Shown: positions 29,918-40,590, counted from the first letter of the stretch. The stretch is 64,000 nucleotides of DNA from Nitrosopumilus sp. (GCA_965249555.1 OZ252243.1:736001-800000); one strand, 5' to 3'. Translations and numbers: made by a program. Notes: generated by a model from the sequence alone, not told the origin.

Positions 29918-30835
29918 ATGAAACTCCCGCTTTCAAAATATGTCTGGTTTGATGGAAAGTATGTTCTCACAGAAAATGCTCAGGTTCCAATTACTACTCA
30001 TGCGATTCATTACGGAACATCAATCTTTGAGGGGATAAGGGCATATTGGAATGGAGGGAATCTCCATATCTTTAGACTAGACGAACATGTAAAGCGATTT
30101 AGAAGATCAGGACAGTTTTACAACATCTCACTTAATTTCTCTGATAAGATAATCACGGATGCAATTATTGGAATCTGTAAAAAAAATAAAATTAAAAAAT
30201 CATGTTACATCAGACCATTTTATTTTATAGGTGATTATGGAATAAGTCTACATGTAACTGAAAAAGCCCCAACAAGCGTTGCAATTTTCACATTTCCTTT
30301 TGGAAATTTGTTTGATAAAAATGGAATTTCAGCCGGGGTTGTCTCTTGGAGAAAATTCTCAGACACGTCCACTCCTTCACAAGCAAAAATGGGTGGAAAT
30401 TATCTAAATTCCATCATTGCAACACAGGAAGCAAAAAGAAACGGTGTTGATGAAGCAATTTTGCTTGATCACAATGGGAATGTTAGTGAAGCGCCAGGAG
30501 AAAATATCTTCATCGTAAGAAATGGGCAATTAATAACACCATCACTAGCGTCATCAGCACTTGAAGGAATTACTCGCGATGCAGTAATCAAAATTGCAAA
30601 AGATTTGGATATTGACGTTGCTGAAAGAGACATTGCAAGAAGCGAGCTGGTTATCTCGGATGAAATTTTTCTGACAGGAACAGCAGCTGAGATCACCCCC
30701 ATAATATCAATGGATTCAAAAAAGATAGGCAATGGCAAACCGGGAGACATGACAAAGAAGATGATGCAAGAGTATACAGACATAGTAATGAACAAAAATG
30801 ATAACTATTCTCATTGGTTAACTGTGGTGTATTAG
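29918..30835 (+). CDS. ilvE: Branched-chain amino acid aminotransferase
   Basis: HYGTSIFEGIRAY, AKMGGNY, LEGITR, GTAAEITP. Confidence 0.95.
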   Translation: MKLPLSKYVWFDGKYVLTENAQVPITTHAIHYGTSIFEGIRAYWNGGNLHIFRLDEHVKRFRRSGQFYNISLNFSDKIITDAIIGICKKNKIKKSCYIRPFYFIGDYGISLHVTEKAPTSVAIFTFPFGNLFDKNGISAGVVSWRKFSDTSTPSQAKMGGNYLNSIIATQEAKRNGVDEAILLDHNGNVSEAPGENIFIVRNGQLITPSLASSALEGITRDAVIKIAKDLDIDVAERDIARSELVISDEIFLTGTAAEITPIISMDSKKIGNGKPGDMTKKMMQEYTDIVMNKNDNYSHWLTVVY

Positions 30836-31771
30836 ATGAAAATTGTTCAAATTGGAACCGGTGGATGGGGCAAAAATCACACCAGGATTTTATCTCAACT
30901 AGATGTGCTTGTAGCTGTTTGTGATGCAGATTCTCAAAAAAGCAAAGAGTACGGAGAAAAATACTCTGTAAATCATTATGAATCATTAGATGAACTACTA
31001 AGCTCAGAAGAGTTTGATGGGGCATTTGTAGTAACACCCACATCAACTCACACAGAAATTGCAACAAAATTGTTGGAGGCAAAAAAACATGTTTTTGTGG
31101 AAAAGCCAATGACGTACAAATCTGAAGACGGCGAAAAACTCTCCAGACTTGCAGAGAAAAATAAAGTAGCTCTTACATGCGGATACATTGAGAGATTTAA
31201 TCCTGCAGTAGATGTTGTAAAAAAATTTGTCAAAGAAAAGAGATTTGGGGATTTAGTAATGCTAGAATTTCACCGTGAGAATAGAATGCCCCTTCATATC
31301 AAAGATGTTGGAATTATTTATGACACTTCAGTACACGACATTGATACTGCAAATTGGTTGTTTGATGATATGCCACATGTGGTATTTGCAAGAGCAGGTA
31401 AAATTAAACACGAACACGAGGATTTTGCAAGCATCATGCTAGGATACAAAGATGACAAAGTTGCAATCATTTCATCAAACTGGATTACGCCAAAAAAAGT
31501 CAGAAGGTTCAATGCTGTATGTACAGATGCCATAATTTCATCGGATTTTATCACTCAGGAAATTATTGTGGAGAAGAGCGATGAATCAGAAACCGTACAA
31601 AACGAAAAACAAGAGCCGTTACTATTAGAAATTCAGAGTTTTCTTGGAGCAATTGAAGGTAAGAACGAACAGGTTGTAAAATCACAAGAAGCAGTCAACG
31701 TTACAAAGATTGCAGAAGCTGCACTTTTATCTAGTCAAAAAGGAGTACCAATCTATCTGGATCTAAAATGA
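30836..31771 (+). CDS. Gfo/Idh/MocA oxidoreductase
   Basis: IGTGGWG, VEKP, ERFNP, HDID. Confidence 0.92.
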   Translation: MKIVQIGTGGWGKNHTRILSQLDVLVAVCDADSQKSKEYGEKYSVNHYESLDELLSSEEFDGAFVVTPTSTHTEIATKLLEAKKHVFVEKPMTYKSEDGEKLSRLAEKNKVALTCGYIERFNPAVDVVKKFVKEKRFGDLVMLEFHRENRMPLHIKDVGIIYDTSVHDIDTANWLFDDMPHVVFARAGKIKHEHEDFASIMLGYKDDKVAIISSNWITPKKVRRFNAVCTDAIISSDFITQEIIVEKSDESETVQNEKQEPLLLEIQSFLGAIEGKNEQVVKSQEAVNVTKIAEAALLSSQKGVPIYLDLK

Positions 31772-32037
31772 ACAAAACAATGATGAATATTTTGGCATGC
31801 CCTATAGACAAGAACCATCCTCTGGAACTATTTGAAATTAAAGAGAAAGACAGTATTGTCTCCGAGGGAGCACTGTTCTGCTCAAAATGTTCCAGATTTT
31901 ATCCGATTATTGAAGAGATTCCAATAATGCTTCCCGATGAATTAAGAGACAAAAAACAAGAATTGGAATTTCTAAAAAACAACAGAGATGAATTGCCTGA
32001 AAAAATTATTACAAAGGCAAACCCATGGCATTTGTGA
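31768..32037 (+). CDS. Trm112-family protein
   Basis: ILACPIDK...CSKCSRFYPIIEEIPIML. Confidence 0.9.
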   Translation: MNKTMMNILACPIDKNHPLELFEIKEKDSIVSEGALFCSKCSRFYPIIEEIPIMLPDELRDKKQELEFLKNNRDELPEKIITKANPWHL

Positions 32038-32041
32038 GATA

Positions 32042-32518
32042 ATGGTTACAAATTTTATTTCTGAAAAAGCAAAAATCGGTCAGAATGTACAGATTTGGCA
32101 TTTTTCATATGTTGGGGATAACGTAGAGATTGGAGACAATGTCAAAATTGGTTCTCTTGCACATATCGATTACAATGTAAAGATTGGTGAAAATACAAAG
32201 ATAGAAGGTCAGGCATACATTCCACCTTTATCTATAATCGGAAAAAATGTCTTCATTGGCCCGGCAGCTGCATTGACAAATGATCCTTATCCCATGTGTG
32301 ACAAAATGGTCGGAGTTACAATTAAAGACAATGCAATAATTGGCGCACGTGCAGTAATCAAGGGCGGAGTCACCATAGGAAAGAACAGCGTTGTTGCAAT
32401 GGGGGCAGTTGTAGTAAGAGATGTTCCTGAAGATACCGTGGTCGTTGGGTCTCCAGCTACAATCAGATACACCAGAGAAGAATACGACAAGAAGCAAAGA
32501 AGGTGGAAAGAAAGTTAG
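32042..32518 (+). CDS. Hexapeptide-repeat acetyltransferase
   Basis: IG-x-N-V repeats, TNDPYP, VVGSPA; start set at MVTNF. Confidence 0.9.
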   Translation: MVTNFISEKAKIGQNVQIWHFSYVGDNVEIGDNVKIGSLAHIDYNVKIGENTKIEGQAYIPPLSIIGKNVFIGPAAALTNDPYPMCDKMVGVTIKDNAIIGARAVIKGGVTIGKNSVVAMGAVVVRDVPEDTVVVGSPATIRYTREEYDKKQRRWKES

Positions 32519-32745
32519 GATTTTATCTCTTTTTTGAAAATCAAGTTTTTTAATTTAGATAAAATTAGAATCCATATTACAACTAGAATGATTGCAACTA
32601 TCGCTTTAATTACAGATCCTAAAAAGAAATCAAGTTCGCCAAATCCAGAAACTGAAATTGGTCCCAATATTGTTACAACAATTCCACCCCCGACAAGTAT
32701 CAGAATCCACATTGCAAACAAAAATCCAAAAAGACCAGACTTCAA
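32515..32745 (-). CDS. Small membrane protein (2 TM)
   Basis: Hydrophobic 76-aa ORF coupled to the upstream gene. Confidence 0.7.
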   Translation of the reverse strand: MKSGLFGFLFAMWILILVGGGIVVTILGPISVSGFGELDFFLGSVIKAIVAIILVVIWILILSKLKNLIFKKEIKS

Positions 32746-33734
32746 AGAGAGACACCCATCATAAACGCAGTAATTATGGCCAAAATTCCTGAAAACATGG
32801 CAAGTTTAAAGATTGCAAGCCCGACCTGCTTTTCGGATAATGGCCCTCCTGCAAGTATCAGTCTTACCAAAGTAACAGGAGCAGTCTTCTCATCAGTTGC
32901 CTTTAGTAGGAAATCATCAGTATGCTCTACAGGCCTTCCCTTGACTTTTCTGTGCTCTACTATCCGTTTTACGCTTGATAGGAACAAAAATGAGTTGATT
33001 ACGGCAGGCAACAGTGCAACTGCAGCTAGTATTTCCACACCGCCTACAATTGCAATTGTACCATACATTGCACCAAAGGTTAGCGCTCCTGAATCCCCAG
33101 GAAAAATCTTGCTTGGAATTTTGTGGTATTTGTAAAATGCCAATGAGACAAATCCTAGCGGCAAACTAACTATTGCAATTTCATAATTTTGCACTATAAA
33201 CAGACATATCGACAATGAAAAACTTGCAATCACCATAAAACCGCTAGCGACTCCATTTAGAACATCAATTGAATTGATTGTGTTTCCAGTAATAGGAATC
33301 ATAAAGACAATCAAAGCAAGATAGAGCACAGGGATTTGTACCGTTCCAAATAATGGAAAGACAAGATTTGAATCATACGCACCCAATGCAATAATTGGAG
33401 TTGCTGCAAATGCAAGTGCAACAGGTTTGAACCAACCACTCATCACTTTTCTGTCATCAACGTATCCAATTACAAAAGCGGCAGATGTAGTAATAATTAT
33501 GGCAAGAATTTCATTTAACTGTAAAAATGCATAAAGGATGATTTCGGATGCAATGATTCCTACAATTATTGCCGGTCCACCCGGTCTGACAACCATTACA
33601 TCTTCTTTTTTGTTCACATCCTTTACTGCTAGATTTCTTTTTCCTAGAAATTTGATTAGGGGAGGAGTCATTACAAATACGGCAAAAAATGCAACGATAC
33701 AAGAAGCTACTGCCGGAAGTATTAATTCAATCAA
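32742..33734 (-). CDS. UDP-GlcNAc:polyprenyl-phosphate GlcNAc-1-P transferase (MraY/AglH family)
   Basis: GYVDD, NTINSIDVLNG, IFPGDSG; multiple TMs. Confidence 0.88.
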   Translation of the reverse strand: MIELILPAVASCIVAFFAVFVMTPPLIKFLGKRNLAVKDVNKKEDVMVVRPGGPAIIVGIIASEIILYAFLQLNEILAIIITTSAAFVIGYVDDRKVMSGWFKPVALAFAATPIIALGAYDSNLVFPLFGTVQIPVLYLALIVFMIPITGNTINSIDVLNGVASGFMVIASFSLSICLFIVQNYEIAIVSLPLGFVSLAFYKYHKIPSKIFPGDSGALTFGAMYGTIAIVGGVEILAAVALLPAVINSFLFLSSVKRIVEHRKVKGRPVEHTDDFLLKATDEKTAPVTLVRLILAGGPLSEKQVGLAIFKLAMFSGILAIITAFMMGVSL

Positions 33735-35861
33735 TTATCTAACCTTTCGTAATTCAGACTTTATGTTATCTGCAAGGGTTGAACCAATTTTATCTATTTC
33801 TGCTAATTTATTCACCGGAATCTTTGCCAAATCATCTAGACTCTTAATTCCGCGTTTGTAGAGAGTTCTGGCTCTAACCCTTCCAATTCCTTTGATTTTG
33901 ACTAGTTCAAGTAACTCCTCCCTAATTCCATAAACGATTCTTTCTCTTAGGTTACCGAGTTCCTCAAGCAAATCTGCCCTCTCCACATGCTTGGAAATCT
34001 CCCTGAGGCAATATGAGAGCCAATTTGCAGTCTCAGTCATCCTATGCATGTCCCCTGACTCTATTCCAAGGTTATCAGACAGGGATAACTCTGAAGATTC
34101 GCTAACCCATGCATGCAAGGCCAAAAGGCTTCTTGAGCAATCATACTCTGAAACTGGTTCAAGCAGTTCTGAAGAATTGTTTTCTATCAAGAGACTGGCA
34201 GATTCATAATCCTTTTGTCGAAGTGAAAATTTAGGGAAAAATTCTTCACAGTTTGAGATCAAATGCAGGAATCCAAACGTATGTCTTCTTTCTTGGGATA
34301 CGTTTTCAATAGCATCTCTAAAGTATGTTGCAGTCAGAGGATCAATGTACAGCATCGATGCCTCTTTTCCAAATTCAGTAGCTGCATATCTTTCACCTTT
34401 TTTGACTATCAGACATTCGCCGGACAAAAAACGCAGCGAAATATCAATTGCAAATTTTATTGTGGGCTTTCTTGATTGCAATCCTCCCAATGTTTGCAAG
34501 AAAAATTCCAAGATCTCAGCTTTTTTGATTCCAGGATGTGTAACTATAACGCTAAGTATGTGAGTACGTAGAGATTTGTCATCAGTGATCTTTGAAACTA
34601 TCGGTTCTGGTTCCCCGTTAACGTAATAGTCAATCAGGTCTTCAGCATTTCCATTTCCAACAATTATTGCTTCCCCATAGTCATCATATTGCGGTCTTCC
34701 AGCTCTGCCACAGAGTTGTTTGTATTCCAAGACACTAATGGGTCTGTTTGCCCCAACTTTTGCATTGTATCTATTGACACTTGAAATTACAACTCTTCTT
34801 GCCGGAAGGTTAACTCCTGCGGCTAAAGTTGGCGTGGATGAGAGTAGCTTGATAGTTCCCTTACGAAATTCTGTTTCTATTGTTGCCCTGCAATTCTGAT
34901 TCAGCCCCGCATGATGAAATGCAACCCCTTTTTTTACAAGAAATGCCAATGTCTTTATTAGTTCTGTATGTTCGTTTCCAGCTAGAATTTTTTTTGAGGT
35001 TTTTTCTAGTTCCCTCAAATCTTTTTTTTCCAAAATCTGAGAGATGGCATCTGCTGCTTTTGTTGCAAGGGATTTCGAACGGTTTCTGGTCGCTGCAAAT
35101 ACCAGGGATTGGCCGCCTTCTTTTACTGACTGTACGCCTAAATCAATCGGAGTTCCACATATGCTACGCTCGACTGAAAAGGTCTTGCCGTCATTCATGG
35201 TAACTTTGCCTGCATCACATACCCCTTCTGTTAGTGGCACAGGTCTCCAGTCGTTTTGCACTAGCTTGCAATCAAGCCAGTCTGCAATCTCATCAGAGTT
35301 TGAAATAGTGGCACTAAGACCTACAATCTGAGGTCTTGTCTCCAATAATTTTAGATGTGTAAGAATCATCTCAAGTGTCGGGCCACGATTTTCATCTCCA
35401 ATCAAATGGACCTCATCAGTAATTACTAGTCCAATTTCTTCAACCCATTCAGCACCATGTCTAATAATTGAATCCATTTTTTCATTTGTTAAAATTAACA
35501 CATTGCTTTTCTCCAAATGCTTTTCAATATTCTCATAGTCTCCAGTAGATATGCTGACTCTGACTTTATTTCCCAGTGCAACTTTTTCTAATTTTTTAAA
35601 TTCTGAGAATTTTTCAGCAGCTAACGCACGTAAAGGGCTAAGATAGATCACCTTGCCGTTATTCTTTGAAAGATAGCTAATCATTGCAAGTATTGCAATC
35701 AAGGTCTTTCCACTTGCAGTAGGAGCAGATACCAGAACGCTCTTCCCATCTAATAGTCCAGACTTTACACTATCAGCTTGTGGCGGATATAATTTTTCAA
35801 AACCTTGTGATTTTAAAAATTCAATTGCAGAATCGGGAAGATCTAGTTTCTCTATTTTCAT
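33735..35861 (-). CDS. hel308: Hel308/Ski2-like DNA helicase
   Basis: APTASGKT, DEVH, HHAGL, GRAGRP, C-terminal HhH. Confidence 0.93.
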   Translation of the reverse strand: MKIEKLDLPDSAIEFLKSQGFEKLYPPQADSVKSGLLDGKSVLVSAPTASGKTLIAILAMISYLSKNNGKVIYLSPLRALAAEKFSEFKKLEKVALGNKVRVSISTGDYENIEKHLEKSNVLILTNEKMDSIIRHGAEWVEEIGLVITDEVHLIGDENRGPTLEMILTHLKLLETRPQIVGLSATISNSDEIADWLDCKLVQNDWRPVPLTEGVCDAGKVTMNDGKTFSVERSICGTPIDLGVQSVKEGGQSLVFAATRNRSKSLATKAADAISQILEKKDLRELEKTSKKILAGNEHTELIKTLAFLVKKGVAFHHAGLNQNCRATIETEFRKGTIKLLSSTPTLAAGVNLPARRVVISSVNRYNAKVGANRPISVLEYKQLCGRAGRPQYDDYGEAIIVGNGNAEDLIDYYVNGEPEPIVSKITDDKSLRTHILSVIVTHPGIKKAEILEFFLQTLGGLQSRKPTIKFAIDISLRFLSGECLIVKKGERYAATEFGKEASMLYIDPLTATYFRDAIENVSQERRHTFGFLHLISNCEEFFPKFSLRQKDYESASLLIENNSSELLEPVSEYDCSRSLLALHAWVSESSELSLSDNLGIESGDMHRMTETANWLSYCLREISKHVERADLLEELGNLRERIVYGIREELLELVKIKGIGRVRARTLYKRGIKSLDDLAKIPVNKLAEIDKIGSTLADNIKSELRKVR

Positions 35862-37945
35862 ACTCGGTTATAGTGACCGGGTCTTGATTCATAAATAGAT
35901 GCTTCTCTAAGCATTCGTCTGATATAGTCTCTTGCCTCGTCTTCAGTGAATTTTTCACTCTTTTCTAGTTCTTTGACAAATATCTTTTCTTCTACTGGCA
36001 CCTTGTTATCACCCTCAAGGCTTCTGAGAATATCCATGAATAATTGCATCTTTGAGACCTCACTTCTTGGCTTTCCTTGCAATACTCCAAGATCTACCTT
36101 TCCAGTATTGACATCTACCCCTGCATCCTCAAGCATATTCTGAAGCAAGAAGATTGCCCGTTCAGCATCTTCTAGTTCTACCTCGTTTTTCAAGAGTAAT
36201 CTTGCTCTTGCAGTAGAGAGTCTGATAATTCCCTCTAGTTGTCTTGGCGTAACTGTAATCATCTCTTCGGATTCTACATTTCTCATCTGTAGGTAATATT
36301 CGAGGATCTTTTCCTCAGCATCTTTGGTCATTTTAGGGGTACCACGTTTTGCATATGAGAGATATTTTGTCAGTAAATCAACATCAATTACAGAACGTTT
36401 GTCTATTCCTTGCGGAGTGTGCAGTTCTATAATGTGTCTGGCAATCTTTTCGTCTTTTTCCTTACTTGGAATATCCCTTACGACAAAAATCAAGTCAAAT
36501 CTTGTAAGCAATGGGATTGGCAAGTTTACATTTTCTGTAATATTTTTGAATGGATCATATTTCCCATACATTGGGTTTGCAGCAGCTAAAATTGATGTTC
36601 TAGCATTTAGTGTAGCTACAATACCGCCTTTTGCAATACTGGCTGACTGTTGTTCCATAACTTCGTGTAAGGCACTTCTATCTTCTGGTTTCATCTTGTC
36701 AAATTCGTCTATACATACAAGGCCTTGGTCACCAAGTACTACTGCACCTGCTTCAAGCATCATGATTCCAGTCTTGTCTTTAACTATAGCAGCTGTAAGT
36801 CCTGCAGCAGTTGAACCTCTGCCAGAAGTATACAGACCTCGTGGTGCAATTCTTGTACAAAACTTTAGCATCTCACTTTTTGCAGTACCGGGATCTCCAA
36901 CCAGAAATATGTTAATGTCCCCCCTAATCTTGCTTCCATCACCTAATATTTTCTGATTAGCACCAACGATAAGCAACATAATGGCTTCTTTGATTACTGA
37001 ATGTCCTTGAATGTGAGGAGCAAATGAATCAACTAGCTTTTGATATACATCAGGACTTTTACTTAACGCTTTGATCATTTCTTCTTCTTCAGGTGAAACT
37101 TCGTCTTTGGCTATCTTACGAGACATTTTAGAACCATGCCCACCCAAGAATTCAATGTTATTTCCTTCAATCCTTAATCGGTATAATCCACTATGGCCTC
37201 TCTGGACACCTGCAACTGATTCCTGCTCGATTCTGACTATACCTGTAAGAATAATTCTGTCTCCCGGCCTTGCATTGTCTACTAAATCCTGCCTAATTGT
37301 GACGTCAATATAGTGAGGAAGTTGTCCTGGAGGCAAGTCCTCAGGAAGTTCCTGTAATCTAAGAAGTTGAAAATCAATAAACTTGCTTGCTTCGGGTTTT
37401 ATCTCAAAATCCCTGTGTTTACAAGACGGGTTGTCACATACTACAGGAATTTTAACATCCATTCCTTTAAGCTGAATTACCTTGGTAGGGTGATCATCAG
37501 GACAGACAAAGACTAGTTCCTTTGCAAGAGGTTTTACTTCTGATGCCCTAACTACCATTCCTGAAACGCTTGTAATTGTTCCAATGGTTTCAGCATTGAT
37601 TTGTCTGAGACTTCGCTGAAGTGGAAAGTTAATCAGTCTTACACGAACTTCATCTTTTATTTTTTCAGCATAATCCGGAAATCTTGTTTGCAATGCTTCT
37701 TTGATTGCTCTAGAAAACGCATCAAAGACTCTGTCAGGACTTGCAGTGAATAATACCTCAATTTCTGGCTCTACAACCAAATCATTGTAATCAACTACAA
37801 TGTATTTCGCGTTTTTAGGCATCATCTCATCGATTGCCTCTACATAGATGTAGTTACCAGATTTATTTTTGAATCTAATAAGAAATTCTTTTACTCTATC
37901 TGACAATGCAGATTCTGTAAATGTACTAGTTTGAGTCTTGCTCAT
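35858..37945 (-). CDS. mcm: MCM replicative helicase (no intein)
   Basis: GDPGTAKS, IDEFDKM, SILAAANP, LLTRFD. Confidence 0.97.
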   Translation of the reverse strand: MSKTQTSTFTESALSDRVKEFLIRFKNKSGNYIYVEAIDEMMPKNAKYIVVDYNDLVVEPEIEVLFTASPDRVFDAFSRAIKEALQTRFPDYAEKIKDEVRVRLINFPLQRSLRQINAETIGTITSVSGMVVRASEVKPLAKELVFVCPDDHPTKVIQLKGMDVKIPVVCDNPSCKHRDFEIKPEASKFIDFQLLRLQELPEDLPPGQLPHYIDVTIRQDLVDNARPGDRIILTGIVRIEQESVAGVQRGHSGLYRLRIEGNNIEFLGGHGSKMSRKIAKDEVSPEEEEMIKALSKSPDVYQKLVDSFAPHIQGHSVIKEAIMLLIVGANQKILGDGSKIRGDINIFLVGDPGTAKSEMLKFCTRIAPRGLYTSGRGSTAAGLTAAIVKDKTGIMMLEAGAVVLGDQGLVCIDEFDKMKPEDRSALHEVMEQQSASIAKGGIVATLNARTSILAAANPMYGKYDPFKNITENVNLPIPLLTRFDLIFVVRDIPSKEKDEKIARHIIELHTPQGIDKRSVIDVDLLTKYLSYAKRGTPKMTKDAEEKILEYYLQMRNVESEEMITVTPRQLEGIIRLSTARARLLLKNEVELEDAERAIFLLQNMLEDAGVDVNTGKVDLGVLQGKPRSEVSKMQLFMDILRSLEGDNKVPVEEKIFVKELEKSEKFTEDEARDYIRRMLREASIYESRPGHYNRV

Positions 37946-38456
37946 TTAGATCTCCTCTTATTTGTTTTTCAAACTCTATGCTGTTTTCATGGATGGTTTT
38001 ATAGAAGACACTTTCTTCAACAGTTAATTTGTTATAGAGTTCAGAATTTAGTTTGATAGTGTCTGCTATCTTTACTAGTTTACCTCTTCGCATCCTAAAT
38101 AATTCCAACATCATGCTTTCAACTTTATCAAAATCATTGCGATTCAATTCTTTCATAGTTTCTTTTAGTTTGATGTAAAAGTGGGAGTCTAGTGTAGAGA
38201 TTTGATATTCTCCAACCATCTTTTCTTTTGATAATGCTTGTTTTAATTCAGTAATCATATCTGGAGAATCAAGTGTTGCCAGTTTATTATCAGCCAATAT
38301 TTTTCCAATCCACTGAGGCATGTTAATTACCTCACCTGAAGTTCCTTCGGTCTTTATTCCTGCAACATTGAATTTGAAATCACGATTAACTGAGACTTTG
38401 GTATCCTTTAGGCGGTATCCAACTGAATGCACTTTTTCTATCTTGTCTATTTCCAT
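37926..38456 (-). CDS. GINS complex subunit (Gins23-like)
   Basis: PQWIG...LDSHFY...RRGKL...LTVEE; overlaps the mcm start. Confidence 0.85.
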   Translation of the reverse strand: MEIDKIEKVHSVGYRLKDTKVSVNRDFKFNVAGIKTEGTSGEVINMPQWIGKILADNKLATLDSPDMITELKQALSKEKMVGEYQISTLDSHFYIKLKETMKELNRNDFDKVESMMLELFRMRRGKLVKIADTIKLNSELYNKLTVEESVFYKTIHENSIEFEKQIRGDLNEQDSN

Positions 38457-38461
38457 GGTGA

Positions 38462-38559
38462 GATCTTGATCCTCCTAGGGATCCTTCAAGAATCGGATCG
38501 ATCAATTGATCTGATCAAACAGCTCAATAGAATTGATCCGAGCGATCTCAAGGCTGATC
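38462..38559. promoter_or_regulatory. Cluster of 10 GATC sites between divergent GINS-MCM-Hel308 and rfcS
   Basis: GATC starting at 38462, 38468, 38480, 38496, 38500, 38508, 38513, 38535, 38544, 38556; regulatory role inferred. Confidence 0.7.
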
Positions 38560-38650
38560 GCATAGAAAATACAACTAATTTGGATTTTAATTTGCTGTAT
38601 GTCACAATAACCAATTCGGATTTATTAATGGGAATTGAACCTAGAATTTT

Positions 38651-39601
38651 ATGTCTGCAACAGGTATGTGGGTAGAAAAATATCGACCGACAAAACTTTC
38701 AGAAATTGTAAACCAGACGGAAATTATTGGTAGCCTAGAAGCTCTAATCAAAGATCCAACAGACATGCCTCACTTGCTGTTTTCTGGCTCTGCAGGAGTA
38801 GGCAAGACCACTACTGCATTATGTCTTTCAAGACAAATTTTGGGGGAGTATGTCAAAGACTATACTCTTGAATTAAACGCATCAGACGAGCGAGGAATTG
38901 ATATGGTTAGAGAAAAGGTAAAAAAGTTTTCAAGATTTGCCGGAATGGTTGATGTTCCGTTCAAGATTATCATTTTAGATGAAGCAGATGAAATGACTTC
39001 AGCTGCCCAAACTGCACTTAGAAGAATTATAGAAGACGCTGCAAAAATTTGCAGATTCATTCTAATTGCAAACAATGTTTCAAAAATAATAGATCCCATT
39101 CAAAGCAGATGTGCAGCCTTCAAGTTCACAGCAGTTTCAGAAGAGGATGTCATGGGTAGACTAGAAGAGATTGCCAAAAAAGAAAAAGTACAGACTGACA
39201 AAAATGGTCTAAAGGAAATTTATGAGTACACAGAAGGGGATTTGAGACATGCAATTAATCTAATGCAGGCAACTGCAAGTCTTGGTGGAATCACTCAAGA
39301 GAATGTAAAGGCATCAGCCGGACTGACAAAGACCAGTGATGTCGATGAGGTTCTGAAAATGGCACTATCCGGAAAAGTTGCTGAAGCAAGAGAGAAGATG
39401 ATAGAATTAATCAAGGTTTATGGAATGTCAGAATCTGACTTTTTAAAATATTTCAATTCAGCTGTTTTCAAATCAAAGCATGACAAACTATCAGATATTT
39501 TGCAAGTGATTGCAAAGTATGATTACAGAATACTAGTTGGGGCAAATTCTGAAATTCAGTTATCTGCAATGCTTGCAGAACTTGCAAAATTAGAAAACTG
39601 A
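38651..39601 (+). CDS. rfcS: Replication factor C small subunit
   Basis: WVEKYRP, GVGKTT, ELNASDERG, LDEAD, QSRC. Confidence 0.96.
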   Translation: MSATGMWVEKYRPTKLSEIVNQTEIIGSLEALIKDPTDMPHLLFSGSAGVGKTTTALCLSRQILGEYVKDYTLELNASDERGIDMVREKVKKFSRFAGMVDVPFKIIILDEADEMTSAAQTALRRIIEDAAKICRFILIANNVSKIIDPIQSRCAAFKFTAVSEEDVMGRLEEIAKKEKVQTDKNGLKEIYEYTEGDLRHAINLMQATASLGGITQENVKASAGLTKTSDVDEVLKMALSGKVAEAREKMIELIKVYGMSESDFLKYFNSAVFKSKHDKLSDILQVIAKYDYRILVGANSEIQLSAMLAELAKLEN

Positions 39602-39609
39602 TTCAAATT

Positions 39610-40521
39610 TTAAGGATCTAGAGATTTTAGATTTTTACATCTGTTTCTGATTGTGACTTCAGTTACACCTGCAGCCATGGCAATTGTTTTTTGGGTCGTA
39701 TTCTCGCCAGTCTCCATACTTGCAATATACAGGGCAGATGCCGCCATTCCCATCGGATCTTTTCCAGATATGATTTGACTCTGTTCAGCCTTTTTGAGAA
39801 GCTTCATTGCATGACGTTTAGTTTTTTCTGACAGGCCAATCTGACTTGCAATTCTTGAAATACACTGAACTGAGTCAACCACAGGCATCTTCAAGTCTAA
39901 TTCTTTTACTATCATTCTGTAACAAATAGCGAGATTTTTTCTCGTGATGTTAATTGAACCTGAAACGTCATTAAGAGTTCGCGGAGTACTAGTTTCACGG
40001 CAAGCAGCATAAAGTGTTGCAGCAATTAATGCATTAATTGATCTGCCTCTGACAAGTTTTTTTTCCAGAGCTTTTCTGTAAATGTAAGCTGCTTTTTCCA
40101 CGATAGCATCAGACAAAGATAATTTCTCTTTCATTTTGAGAAGTTCACTCAGTGCATGCTGGAGATTTCTATCAGCAGAATCCTTTGTACGACTTCGACT
40201 ATCCCAGATACGTAATCGCTTGATTGAGGATTTCATGGATGATGATAATGGGTTTCCAGAAGAGTCTTTGTTTATTGGGCTAATTATTGTACTTAGACCT
40301 TGATCATGTCTTGTTAGTGATGTTCTGTCTCCGGTTCTTGATTTGTTAGCACCGCTATCTGAGAATGTTCTTTCTGGTCCTTGACTGTCCACCCTATCAG
40401 TAATTACAAAGCCACATGTGCCACAAAACATTTCGCCTGTTTCATCATCAGTGATTATTCTGGTTTTGCCACATCTTGGACAGTTTTGCTTTTTTGATAG
40501 TTGCTGGTTTTGTTGTGCCAC
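39610..40521 (-). CDS. tfb: Transcription initiation factor TFB
   Basis: Zn ribbon CPRC/CGTC, cyclin repeats, GVTEVTIRNR. Confidence 0.95.
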   Translation of the reverse strand: MAQQNQQLSKKQNCPRCGKTRIITDDETGEMFCGTCGFVITDRVDSQGPERTFSDSGANKSRTGDRTSLTRHDQGLSTIISPINKDSSGNPLSSSMKSSIKRLRIWDSRSRTKDSADRNLQHALSELLKMKEKLSLSDAIVEKAAYIYRKALEKKLVRGRSINALIAATLYAACRETSTPRTLNDVSGSINITRKNLAICYRMIVKELDLKMPVVDSVQCISRIASQIGLSEKTKRHAMKLLKKAEQSQIISGKDPMGMAASALYIASMETGENTTQKTIAMAAGVTEVTIRNRCKNLKSLDP

Positions 40522-40590
40522 GGCATTTTCTCTTAAATGTTAATGTCTAATAAATCGTCAAGATCGTGGCATTGATCTATTAACAAAAAA

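Noticed and set aside
38457-38650. Calling the GATC-rich spacer a replication origin
   Set aside because: No ORB repeats or cdc6/orc1 nearby; kept only as a hypothesis
38427-38675. 82-aa plus-strand ORF across the GINS-rfcS spacer
   Set aside because: Overlaps both flanking genes, and its I/D/L/S/R bias is explained by the GATC cluster; likely spurious
33735-39601. Inteins in MCM, Hel308 or RFC
   Set aside because: Normal lengths and contiguous motifs; no intein signatures
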